64,000 bases of DNA from Octopus vulgaris. Its lineage: Eukaryota. The notes beneath the pieces are model-generated. The model had not been told where the DNA came from and made no database searches. It was given only the letters and a program-made list of their open reading frames with translations. The DNA lies in contig OX597821.1 in NCBI GenBank assembly GCA_951406725.2, positions 30,938,001 through 31,002,000 of the forward strand. Reading direction: 5' to 3'. Position numbers and translations under genes: made by a program. Below are positions 12,251 to 24,892 of the stretch, one piece after another. Positions within the stretch are counted from its first letter, which is position 1. Each line of letters opens with the position of its first letter.

Positions 12251-13938
12251 CCTCTTCTTATGAATAATAGTGCAATGGGAACTTACCAGCAGATATAATA
12301 TTCTGAATAAGAATTTCCAAGCTGTTATACTTTAGTATCATATAATAAAATCATAGTAAGAGACACGCCATATAACGATTGGCTATTTCTAGCACCATTG
12401 TTTACAAATTAATAATGCAACTAAAATACATCGTTGATTCGAAATATTAAGATTGTATGAGAATTCAAATTTGCTATTTGTGGTTCTATACATCACATTA
12501 GTAATTATTTTAAAATTTACGTTATTTTATACTTATTATAATTGTTAATATTTAGAAGGATATTTTAAGCATAAACATCGGCACCTATACCATTGATAAG
12601 GATATCAAATACTTTATTTAAATTGATATAAAAGGATGTGTCATATCCAACTGTGCTGAAGTTATTCTCTCATACGAATATATTTATTTATATTTTATAG
12701 CGTGGTTTTAAACTGTGTTCAATTATATACATGTCGCCCATTAAATACCTGCATATACATCAATAATCTATACAGAGATACACAGGTACGCAGAGAGACA
12801 AATATATATATAGACATAGGCGTAGCTGTGTGGTAAGAAATTTGCTTCCTAACCTCATGGTTCAGGGAGCAGTTCCACTGCGTGTTTTCTACTATACATA
12901 TATATGCGTGTGTGTGTGTGTGTGTGTGTAGGTATATGTGTGCGTGTGTATTTATTTATATATGTGTGAGCGTGTCTGCACGGGCTCGCGCGCGTGTATA
13001 TGTCTATGGGTGTGTATATATATATGTGTGTGTGTGTATATATTTATATATATATATATGCATATATATATGTATATATGTATATATATTTATCTCTCTA
13101 TCTCCCTTTCTCTCTATATATATATATACATGTATATATATGTAAACGGCCACGTTCACTTTGTTACAAAAGAATGAATACGGTGTCGATGGAGATCAAA
13201 CTTTGGTTACATAACCACAAGAGCACCATGTATTAGCAAGAGTTCGGTGAAGCTTGCGCGACCAATCTAACAAAGGGTTCGCTTACCTAAAAACCTTCTA
13301 AAACGAAATCCATTTAATACTATATATATAGATATGTATATATATATATATTTATATATATATACATATAAGGGGGACCCCCCACTTTATATGTAGGTAA
13401 TATAATTTTTTCAATATGATATACCACTGGTTTTAAAATGATATTAATCAAATTAATATTCAAATTTTCACCCTTATTAATTTAAACTTTTATACCTATA
13501 TATCTATATCTATCTCTCTATATATATATATAATGCAAATAATAAGACAAAGACTTTATCACATCTGTACTGATCAGTTAAAATTGTTTTTGTACCAACT
13601 TCACAGTTAACGCAAAAAGTCCATGTGAAAATTTTGATAATTCCAGTTATTAAGTATCTTTTTGCATGGAACTGTTGTATTGGGTTAACATGGAGTTGTT
13701 ACAGAAAGGATTGTAGTTAAAGCTGTAATATGCTCTATTTTTTCCAATGGATTATGTTTTAATATTTGTTAAATCTAGTTGTTTGCTTTGCGTATGTATC
13801 ACCTGGATTTTCTACACCAGAAAAACTTCGGTATTACTTAATAATATATTCCAAGCACGTAGGCAGCCGAAAGGTCGGTTTCTGTACTACATCGGAGATA
13901 CTCCATATTTCTACACCTTCAATACCTTATACAATGAG

Positions 13939-13989
<51 letters not shown>

Positions 13990-14132
13990 ATGCATGCATG
14001 TAAATATAGGAGGATGGATGGAAGGATGGATGGATAGATGTATGGATAAATGGATGGATGGATGCATGTATTTCTCGCTGAATAATATTAGAAATGGAAA
14101 ATGAAAAATTCACCAGCTACTTTATTTAGAAC

Positions 14133-14222
14133 CACTATGATCGTTTCGACTTATCATACACCTTTACAATGCTGTAAAATACATGGCCATCGATTATAGC
14201 TATAGATGTGTCTCTTCAGGTG
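14133..14222 (-). ncRNA. Type-I hammerhead ribozyme motif with long loop 2
   Basis: Minus strand: cac CTGAAGA gac-(~60 nt)-gtc GAAA cgatca TA gtg; stem III is one base from the palindrome ACGATCGT. Confidence 0.65.
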
Positions 14223-14435
14223 CCTTTCCAAAAATTGCCTCGTTTTTCACCTGCCGTTTCGTTTGTTTCTGTAGCAATGTATTTTACTTGCTGTAGCATA
14301 CAATCCGTCTCAATAATGAACTCTTCTTGAAGTATGCTGTAAATATATACTACGATGTGTATACCAGAATATAGACCGCATGTGTATGTTTGGCGATTTT
14401 CTTTCTCCGTCTTCCCTTCTTTGTATTTTATCTAT

Positions 14436-14470
14436 ATTTCTGACGAAGAGCTCCGCTCGAAACTTGAAAT
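14436..14470 (+). ncRNA. Minimal hammerhead motif, cleavage site probably mutated
   Basis: attt CTGACGA a gagc-tcc-gctc GAAA cttg aaat, inside a repeat abutting (TA)n at 14572. Confidence 0.55.
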
Positions 14471-14568
14471 CCTCTTGCTTTTCTCTCCTTTCCTCAGCTT
14501 CCAATAGCACTGTACTTATTGTAGGTCCTCGCGTTGCTGTTTTTTCTTGCTTGTTCATGTTTGTATTG

Positions 14569-14616
<48 letters not shown>

Positions 14617-14738
14617 GGAGTAAACACATAAATGTGAAACAAGGTGGAAAAAACAGTACTCAAATACCAGTGGTAGAGTAATATGCTTTAAATAAATTAT
14701 ATATATATATATATACATACATACATATATACATACAT

Positions 14739-14810
<72 letters not shown>

Positions 14811-14811
14811 G

Positions 14812-15170
14812 TATAGGGTGTCCGAAAAGTTACCCTTGTGGCCGTGCGATTTCAAAAATTGGTATCAAACGAACTCTACCACATAAAATACTAAGAAAAC
14901 TCAATATGAAACCTTACATTTCGTGCCTAATTCACGGAGTTCTGGAGGATGATCCTGTCGCAAGTTTGAATTTTGCGAATAGTTTGTAAGTCAAGGAGAC
15001 CAAGTTTGTAAGTCAGAGGAAGCCAAGAAGTATTCAAGACCGTAGGCAGTTCATTATTGATGTATTTAACCTTTATCCAGACTTGTGAACCAAAGTTTGT
15101 CGTAGTGTGCTTTGACGTTGTCGGGAATAAATTGAAGAAAATGGCTTATAATTTGAACATTTTATCATAA
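14812..15170 (+). mobile_element. Tc1/mariner remnant
   Basis: TIR-like tatagggtgtccgaaaag after TA; peptide HGVLEDDPVASLNF resembling HELxEDDxxRRxEFC. Confidence 0.55.
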
Positions 15171-16118
15171 CAGTAGTAAATGAAATTGATTGCTTTTGTG
15201 TATGAGTGTGATTGTGTGTGCGCGTGTGTATTTGTGTATGTGTGTGGAAATGGGTGGGTGATTGTCAGTGTGTATGTGCAGCCCACCAGCGCAGTATCTA
15301 TTTATATTTTGATATTCTCCTTCTTCCTAATTTTTTGTATTCTGAGCGGATGTATTTCTATGTATTTTGTTTCTAAAATACGTTTTGAATGCTGTTCTCT
15401 CAACATTCTTATATCATCCTCTTTACTCCATTTTCTTCACTATACAAATGTCATTTTTTTAAATAAGTATTAGTAAAGGTATTTAATACAATTTAAGCTC
15501 CATTATGAGGATAAAAATACACATCTACAGTATGTGATTAACACAATATCTTATAAATATCTTTAACAAGAACAATGAATAAAAGAATTAATATATATGC
15601 ACGACGCTTTTACTTTCTATTTTTTGTTTAGTTTCATATATCTATTATAGTTTAAAAACTGAAATTAATTCGTTCACTAATAAGGAACATTTCTGTTGAA
15701 ATTCTCAAATATCGATGTGCTTTAACAATAAACACATCATTAAAATATGACATATTTATCATAAAAAAATTATGAGAACACAATCCGGAAATCAACAAGC
15801 TCATGTAAATTAACAAGACAACATTACAACATTTTCATTACAACAAATATAGATTTCTACGCACACAAGACGCTTCATAATAGAATGAATTGACACTAAT
15901 AGATTACCCACTTATATCAAAAATACTAATACATAGAAATGAATACAAACATGTAGACACGCAATTACATTATTATAAGTTACCCAGTCGAATTCCATAC
16001 GAATATGATCGAAATGCATCATGTGCGCATGATAGATTCTGCTATATTTCAGTTTCTTTCCGTGAAAATATGGAGTAATAATGGTAATATATTGGTATTA
16101 TTATTACAGAATAACTAA

Positions 16119-16552
16119 GACGGCGTGCTGGCAGAATTATCAGCACGCCGGGCGAAATACTTAGCGTCTGTTGCTACGTTCTCAGTTCGAATTCCGCCGA
16201 ATTCTATTTTGCCTTTCAGCCTTTCCGGTTCGATTAAATAAGTATCAGTTATGCACTGGGATCGATGTAATCAAATCAAGCCCCTCTCCCAAGGTGCACC
16301 TGTCGAAAAAGATTTAAATGATTATTACAGAATAACTAACGGCGGAGAGCTGGCAGAATAGTTAGCAAACTGAACGAAATGCTTAGAAGTATTTCGCACG
16401 TCGCTACATTCTGTGTTCATATTCCGCCGAGGTTGAGTTTTTTCTTTCATCGTTTATGGGTCGATAAGATATGTAGAACTTGAACACTGGGGTCGATGTA
16501 ATTGACTCATCTCCAACTCTCGATGCTGCCCTTCTGGGAAAAATTTGAAATA
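16119..16552 (+). mobile_element. Two head-to-tail type-B SINEs separated by a repeated target site
   Basis: Copies at about 16119-16320 and 16340-16552; attattacagaataact at 16100 and 16321, one-mismatch copy at 16553. Confidence 0.85.
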
Positions 16553-16792
16553 ATTATTACAAAATAACTGGAAATATTAAAAGGAAAAAATAAGTCTCAT
16601 GCCCTTTAGATATAAGTGCAGTGGCAAAAATATCATGAGCAGGAAAATTTCATCACCAAACTATAATCCCTCGTTGCTCGTTACTTGATATCTTATACTA
16701 GATTCACAATCAAAGCACAAAATACATAACATTAACTGCACAATAAGCACGGTCAATTAGTGAGGAGAAAATCATTAGAAGCCCGTGAATAT

Positions 16793-16950
16793 TTGTTCTA
16801 AATTTTGGCACATTGCCATCAAGTTCGGCGTTGGGTGTAAGTCGATTACTTAAACACCAGTGCTAAACTGGTACGCATTTCATCGACCACGAATGTATAA
16901 AGGACAAAGTTGACCACGGCGGCAATTGAACTCAGAATGTGAACTCTGGA
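16793..16950 (-). mobile_element. SINE type B, degraded
   Basis: gtcgattact..accagtgc..ctggtac..tcgacc..aaagttgaccacggcggcaattgaactcagaatgt. Confidence 0.7.
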
Positions 16951-17699
16951 CGCTTAAACCATTTAACATATAGTCATAGTTGGCGATATGCCTTGAAGCG
17001 GGCCTTGTTTGGTATTCGGCATTGATAAATCCCAACAAAGACGAAACATCTATGTCTCTTGCTACGAGAAGGGACTTATGTGAGTTGTTAAGCTTGATTA
17101 TGACTTACTTTCAGGTGTTTCTTACACTTGGCGCATAGAGAATACATTCTCGTTTGCCCCACAAAATTGCAGCCGATCCACGATGTAACAACAGTCATAA
17201 TTTGTGTATGTATGCCCGAGTTTGCTTATATACCTCTGACAACTTCAAAACTAAAATTGTTAGACTGAAATATACTCCTCTGCCTGGTATTTAGAAATAC
17301 ATCACCAGAGGTAGAATGAGAACCAATCAATAGGAATATATTGAACCCCAATATTTCTAGCTCGTAACATTGTGAGAAAAGTGTGCTGAAATGATGACGG
17401 AATAATCGGGAATTTACGAGAGGTTACGGAAAAACACGATACAAAATTATTGAATAAAATTGTATGAAAATATTTATAAGAAATGAATTTTGCTACAAAC
17501 CCACAAGTAACAAATACGTGCATGGGAAGTGGCAGGAATATCAGTGAACGTTACAGAAAATTATATTGCAATAAGTAAAATAAGCACAAAGCAATTAATA
17601 ACAATATCAAATCAATGACAACAGGAAACCGTACAGAAAAATGATATGGTGAATAAAAACAATAGTAATTGCCACACGAGAAACATTTTAATCGAAACA

Positions 17700-17792
17700 A
17701 TAAATAGACTGGAAACATCTCCAAATCATAATAGACTGGAAACATCCCCAAATCAAAATAATAGGCTGGAAACATTCCCAAATCATAATAGA
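17700..17792. repeat. Minisatellite, 3 x ~28 bp (aatagactggaaacatctccaaatcat)
   Basis: Three adjacent near-identical units. Confidence 0.9.
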
Positions 17793-17984
17793 TATTACAT
17801 TCAAAACAGGAAAACAAAAATGTGATACATGAAGTTTGACATTAATAAAAATCAAATGAATGCTCTCTAAGTCTTTATGAAAAATCAAATTGTTTACTAA
17901 AATTCAAAGGAATACGAGCTAATATCGTTTTTAACCATATTCTCGTCTTCCTCCACTTCCTCCTCCTCCTCATCATGATCATCA

Positions 17985-19900
17985 TCATCATTATCCGGTC
18001 GTGCTTATTGCACGGATCGTCGTGACCCGTTCTCTCCCGTCTGTTCGGTTCGGCATTGCACGTGGTAGGTCTTCTCGGATGCACTCGGAATCCTCACCCA
18101 GTCGTTCTGTGTAGGTTCCACAAGGTATACCAACCATTTGTGTACTCATGCTTCAATTTCTAAAGAAGAAAGTCACTGATGAGCTCATCTTTTGCTCTCC
18201 AGCAATGTCCAGCGAATATTGTTCTTCTTTCTCTGATGACATGAATATTTCTTGTAAATTACCATAGAGAGGTCCGTTCATAGTGTGTCGTGTTCAGGAG
18301 ATATCCAGAGCAGCTCGAAACATTGTTGTATAAGTTTCATCAATTTACATTTCAAGATGTTTGTTAGAGTCCATGCTGTACATCCACATGCCAAAAGTGA
18401 TTGCACAACTGCTTGAAGGAAATCACGTTTCATTTTTACGACTGTTGATTATATATTTAAAGCTGACCGGGTTTGCCGATTCAGATATGCACATAATTTG
18501 CGATAATATCTTCCTTTGCGATTTTACTTCTGAGTTATATGAACTTGTCAACGTTTTTCATGGATTATTCACATGTGGAACTAATATTACCGCTCTCATT
18601 GTACATCATATATTCTATCTTGCCGGAGACCAACGTAGAGACCAACACTTTTAGCAGCACTTTTAAGGCTGTGCAAGAGAGACATTGCATCACAAGAGTG
18701 AATCTTTTATTTTCCTTCTCATTTAGAGGCATAGAGCATAATATAGACGTACAATGAAGAAGTACGGTGTGATTCCAAGCTGGCACTCTGGAGGACACCA
18801 TCCACTATGTTAAAGACCTCTCTGACGCCGGTTGCATATAGACCTATAGATTGAGTATCTGTGCAAAGTTAGGATAGCACTGACAGTTTCCTTTGGGATA
18901 TTTGGTAAAATGTGGTGTTATTTTAATATTTCAGTTTATCAATCAGAGTAGGGTGTTTCTCGACCACGATGATGGAGCAATGAAGGGAATGAGCCTTATC
19001 ACTGGCAAACTGTGATTGTATACCTCTTTACAAGATATAAAGATATAAACATCCGCCAGATGGTTGGAATTTATTAACAAGCTGTATCTTTGGTGAAAAA
19101 ATATTACCAGTAATTTTTTTGATCGTCGCAAATTACAGGTCAGTAGACAAGGAGGTCTTTATTTCTTTATTGCCCACAAGAGGCTAAATATAGAGGGGAC
19201 AAACAAGGACAGATAAAGGGATTAAGTCGATTATATCGACCACAGTGCGTAACTGGTACTTAATTTATCGACTCCGAAAGGATGAAAGGCAAAGTCGACC
19301 TCGGCGGAATTTGAACTCAGAACGTAGCGGCAGACAAAATACCGCTAAGCATTTCGTCCGACGCGCTTACGATTCTGCCGACAAAGAGACAAAGTGGTCT
19401 ATCAAGGACGCCCCATCTGACACCAATGTTTCACGAGTCACTATTTCTCGGAATACACTAAGCAAAGTTCTATGATTTGCCCTCATCTTACCCTCGAGGG
19501 TGCGTATCTGTAGCGTAAATCTTACCTTGAATGTTACTCAAGCCTGATGCCAAGATATGTTATGAATAAAACCTTACAAGCCATAACCTCTGGCAAACAG
19601 GACATCCCTCAATTTGTTGTTGGATTTGGGATTTCACGAGTTGGGATTTCACAAGCTTAAGCGAAAGACGTGCACGATGTTGTTTGCACTGTTGAACGCT
19701 ATAATATCTTTGCCCGTGTAACTAAATGCGAACATATGTCCACTTATATGTTTCTATTCGTTTGATCTTTTCCGAATGCTCTATTATTATGTAAACAAAT
19801 CTTGCACTTCCTCAATGAGTACATTTGATTTTAATATTGGTTATATACAGATTGAGAAAATATCTTGGTCTATGTTTTTACAACGTGTCAGGTTTTATGG
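17985..19900 (-). mobile_element. Degraded RTE-group LINE (RT to 3' end), interrupted by a SINE
   Basis: Minus strand VIRERRTIFAGHCWRAKDELISD and LDVxHG..LLYNN..AALD-like remnants of the RTE C-terminus; (atg)n tail near 17970; left end clearer than right end. Confidence 0.75.
19159..19380 (-). mobile_element. SINE type B nested in the RTE LINE
   Basis: High similarity to 10224-10451. Confidence 0.9.
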
Positions 19901-20911
19901 TCCACGTCTTAATTGAAAATAAACAAATGATTCTGTTGACACGTTTTCTGTACGTACTTTAAATCTAAGCAACTACTGGAATAAGAAATAATGAAGACTT
20001 CCGTATTAATAAAAATTATTGAATTTTATAATGCTATCGAAAATACGTGTCAGAAGTGAGCGAGTGCTAGTGAAATATTTTACGGCGAATAATGGATAAT
20101 TGTGAGTAAAACAATACAAACAAAAGATATAAAAATTAATTGATAGTAAAGGTAACTGAGGTAAGTTTTGAATATAGAGCAAGTTCAGTGTATGGTTCCA
20201 CTTGCATTTAAAAACGTACTGATATTGAAAATGTATAGATCCAATAACTCTCTGGCGATGACGTCTAAAGTGAAAGGTTACGTTAATGAAGGGGAGTTGA
20301 ATGATTTTGTAATAGTGAATGATAAACGATTAAATTACGAAGCTAATATTTCAAGGAATGTTTTAGGTGTAAAGAATAGATATTAAAAGTGCAAGAAATA
20401 ATTGGAAAATGTGTTAATGGGGTGTGACTGGGAAACGTTGTATTTGCAATAAACAATAGAAAACAGGAACGAAAATTAAAAGAGAAAAGAATGAGAAGAC
20501 GAAGGAAGAGAGAAAGGAAAAGTAAAGGCAGAAGAAAAGGAAGAAGAAGAAAAATACGAAAGAAAATTAGCAGAAAAACAAGTTGGAGAAAAAGAAGTAA
20601 AATTTCAGCGAAACGTTCGTGCAATAGCTGCAAGCTGTTAAATTTTCTTTTATAATATAATTTTATAAAATAATAATAATAAAATTATATAGCTCATATC
20701 AAAATAGTAATTGTATTATCGAAGTCACTAAGAAAAAAACTGTTAGTTTCGCCGACACATCTAATTGCATTTCAATATTACAATTTCTATTTTCCTGACT
20801 TGAAGTAATTTTATGTCCATTTTGTTACTCCTCTTCTCCTTCATCCTCTTCCTCATCCTTTTCTTCATCCTCATCCCCTTCCGCCTTCTCATCATCATCA
20901 TTATTACCTAT

Positions 20912-21297
20912 TTCTATTTCTTTACTACCCACAAGGAGTTAAACACAGAGGGGACAAACAAGGACAGACGGACGGATTAAGTCGATTATATCGACCCCAG
21001 TGCGTAACTGGAACTTAATTTATCGACCCCGAAAGGATGAAAGGCAAGTCGACCCTATTTCTTATTTGTTATTTCTTTATTGCCCTCAAGGGGCTAAACA
21101 CAGAGGGGATAAACAAGGATAGACAGACGGATTAAGTCGATTATATCGACTCCAGTGCGTAACTGGTACTTAATTTATCGACCCCGAAAGGATGAAAGGC
21201 AAAGTCGACGTCGGCAGAATTTGAACTCAGAATGTAACGGCAGACGAAATACCGCTTGGCATTTCGCCTGACGTGCTAATATTTCTACCAGCTCGCC
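20912..21297 (-). mobile_element. Two tandem type-B SINEs (one 5'-truncated, one full)
   Basis: Copies at about 20912-21055 and 21070-21297. Confidence 0.9.
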
Positions 21298-21859
21298 ATC
21301 ATCATTACCATCATTACCATCATCAACATAGATAAATATACGCCTGCCCCAGCATGGCCACAGGTTTAGAGCTGAAACATGAGAAAGAACGAAAAAAATA
21401 AAAGAATACATAGGTTTAAATATACATATAAATTAATGTCTACAACGCTCTATCTACATACATACATATATATGTGTATGTTTGTGTGTGTATGTGTGTG
21501 TGTGTGCGTACAAGCTTGAGGCATATTGGAACCCATAAGATAACCGTACACTATTTTGTCATGAAGAAAATTTCTCGCAGTACACACTTGGGTGTTCATA
21601 CTCCGAATCAATTCCTAACATTCCTGCTTGATGCATACATTTCGGAGTGATTATCTCCTCCTCAGCAACAGAAACCGGAAAACTGCGAACTGACACGAAA
21701 TACAGGTCATTTTTATGATATTCCTGCCATGTTCAATTACACAACGTCATTCACGTTACTTGCCACCGTGTACAAATAGGAGTAATTACGCCGAGTCATC
21801 CAATAAGCCCCCCCCCCCCCCAATCAGACTGTTAGATGCATACATAGTTTCTGGTGAAG

Positions 21860-22270
21860 TAGCGAGCTGAATGGATTTACCTTCCTTTATGTCATCTGCC
21901 TCGATGTCGGTTCATCTGGTATTATCCAAGCCCGCTTTGAAGACCTCCACATCTACACGTCGCAAATACTTAGGCTGTTTAGTACAATGTTAATTTAATG
22001 TGGGTCCTTCAAACCGAAGCTATTACAAAACTAGCTCCTTATTTTACGAGATGGGATAATTTTTTATGCATTGCTGTCCAGTTCAGTTGCTTGTATAATC
22101 TTCAGTTCCCAAATTTTTAGCTACAGTATCCAAGGCATTCCATATGTGTATCGCTGCATATCTTGCGAGTCTACCACCTTGGTAGTAGAGATTCATTTCC
22201 TTTAACCTCTCCCAGTAGCTCAGCTGTGTCACCGAGTCTGACACTGGAATGTCTAGGGTTCCGCGCATCT
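21860..22270 (-). mobile_element. CR1/L2-group LINE ORF2 fragment, related to 1666-2006
   Basis: LSYWERLKEMNLY..RLARYAAIHIWNAL, then CNSFGLKDP..VDVEVFKAGLD..PDEPTSRQ. Confidence 0.8.
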
Positions 22271-22602
22271 TGTCTGCATATTAACGTCACCTTGGTCTAG
22301 TTGCCCTGCAATCATACTTCTGACAGAGCCACCAAAAACAACGGGGTTTCCAGTACAGGGCTTCGCTGAGAATCGAGGAATTAACACTTAACATCAGCCC
22401 TGTATGTAGGTATCTGTGTGTATGTGCTTGCGTATGTGCTCGCGCGCTTGTGTATATGTGTGTAAAAATTTCTAAACTAAGAAAATATGCACTAAAGCAC
22501 ATGTACACACATATCAACACACTTAAACACACACATTATATGTACACACATACACAAACACGTAACCATACACACTCACAAACATACATATACATGCGCA
22601 GA

Positions 22603-23016
22603 TACTCTTTACTCTTTTACTTGTTTCAGTTATTTGACTGTGGCCATACTGGAGCACCGCCTTTAGTCGAGCAAATTAACCCCAGGACTTATTCTTTGTA
22701 AGCCTAGTACTTATTCTATCGGTCTCTTTTCCGAACCGCTAAGTTACGGGGACGTAAACACACCAGCATCGGTTGTCAAGTGATGTTGGGGGGGGCAAAC
22801 ACAACACACAAGCATATAGATATATACATATATACGACGGGCTTCTTTCAGTTTCAGTCTACCAAATCCACTCACAAGGCCTTAGTCGGCCCGAGGCTAT
22901 AGTAGAAGAAACTTGACCAAGGTGCCACGCAGTGGGACTGAACCCGGAACCATGTGGTTCGTAAGCAAGCTACTTACCACACATCCACTCATATGCCTAT
23001 AGCCACTCCTACGCCT
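22603..23016 (-). mobile_element. SINE type A, full length
   Basis: Reverse-complement homolog of 848-1238. Confidence 0.92.
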
Positions 23017-23905
23017 ATATATGTTGAAGACAAAAACACAACAGTTTAGTAGAAAGAAATATGTCCAAAGAAAGATGCAAACAAGAATGCTCCTGATGAA
23101 TATGACGGAGGCGACGACGTTGAAGAAATTCTTAGAATTGATGATTGTTTTGATGATGATGATGATGTTAATGTTGATGATGATGGTGATTATTTCAAAG
23201 CCAAAACTAAACATGCCAGGTTTAAAATAAGTAAAACTAAATGCGAATAACGATACTTAGATAAACTATGGCAAGAACTAGATAAAATTCAATTTCTTTT
23301 TCTTCAAGCAATAAAAATTGTGACAATAGAGTAAAGACATCAGACATGGTAAAGTACGAAATATGAAAATAAGAAGAAAACACCTACAAAAAATATGAAG
23401 AATCAATGTGCAAAGAGCGGAAGATGGAAGCAGACAAGGGAAGTTTAGATGTAAAAGATTCAGACTCGAGTGATAATGAAGACGAGAATAGAAAGTTTCT
23501 TCTCGTAGGAACGATTGGAAGTGACTAATGATAGTACATCGAGGTAATAACATGAGAGCAACAAACACCAGTAAAATATATCTAATTTAATTTTTCTCCA
23601 ATTATTGTTTGGAAGTACTCTGTCGTCAACAAATCGTTTCTTGTCTTTTCTATTAATGGTGATGTGCACACGCGCCACGCATGTATACAGAGGGGGATAG
23701 GAACAGTGAAATATAAGGGGGAGATGTGTTTGTGCGTATTTAAGTATGCATGTGTTTGTTTGTATGTATGTATATATGTATATATTACCTATGAGTTTGT
23801 AGTTCTTTAAGGAACTACAAACTCGTAGGTAAAAATTCCGAAATATAACAATATTTGTTTCAAAACACGATCTCACATCACGAATCATGCAGAAGAAATG
23901 CATAA

Positions 23906-23948
<43 letters not shown>

Positions 23949-24002
23949 TATATACACATACATACATCCATGCATACATACATACATACATAAGTTGCAA
24001 TG

Positions 24003-24800
24003 GGTATCATGTCGCCTTTTTATAATTTTAACTTCGTGCAAATGCATTATTTGTATTTGATTTTTTCTACTACACAGTATAGTAGGATCCGCTGGCCAGT
24101 GACTGTGGGAAAAACCGCACATTGACGCAATTCACTGTATCAGAAATTTGGGAAAAGACATCCTGTACTGCTTGACATTCGCGCTGGAAACCACAATGCG
24201 AAGATTTCAGTATTTGGTTATCAATCTGAGGACAGTGTAGACGATACGCACGAAGAAAGACCGCGCTACGAAGCTTTTGAACAAACTCAACTATTCCCTC
24301 CAACCGAACATGCTTTAGTCTTTCTCAGACGAGAAAAATTTCTGCCAGGATCAGATGGTGAACTCACAAAATAAGCGTTGGATTGCCGAGTCCCCAAAAC
24401 ATGTACTGAGAGTGATAAAAATCAAACATCAAATCAACAGCATGGTGTATGGAGTAATCAGCGGTGATGGTGACGTTATGTCTCCATTCATCAGCCCAGG
24501 CAGACTCAAAATCAACACTGAGTCTTCCATTAAAAAGGTTGCTACTGAAAGATCATTTTTAATGTAAGACTCTGCACCATGTCACTCAAGCAGGAGAACC
24601 CAGTTATGACTCTCAGACAATTTCTGGGATTTCATCACCCCTAACACCCGGCCAAATAACGTCCTAGACTGCAATCACCTTTATTATTATGTGTGAAATT
24701 TACTCTGTAATATTTCAAGATAGTTTAATGTAATTTTAGTAAATATATCTGTTAAAATGAGATATCGGTATTATTTTAATCATTGCGTATTTTAGATAAC
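24003..24800 (+). mobile_element. mariner-family (DD37D/maT-like) transposase pseudogene
   Basis: VFSDEKNFCQDQMVNSQNKRWIA..MVYGVISGDGDVMSPFI..DSAPCHS..PNxRPNNVLDCNH (catalytic D, D and SPDxNP-like region). Confidence 0.85.
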
Positions 24801-24828
24801 AATTTATGTATGTCTGTATATGTGTACG

Positions 24829-24892
<64 letters not shown>

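Noticed and set aside
17700-17792. CRISPR-like short repeats
   Set aside because: No unique spacers, eukaryotic context; a minisatellite.
18170-18200. CTGATGAGCTCATC
   Set aside because: No GAAA or stem III; lies within RTE coding remnant.
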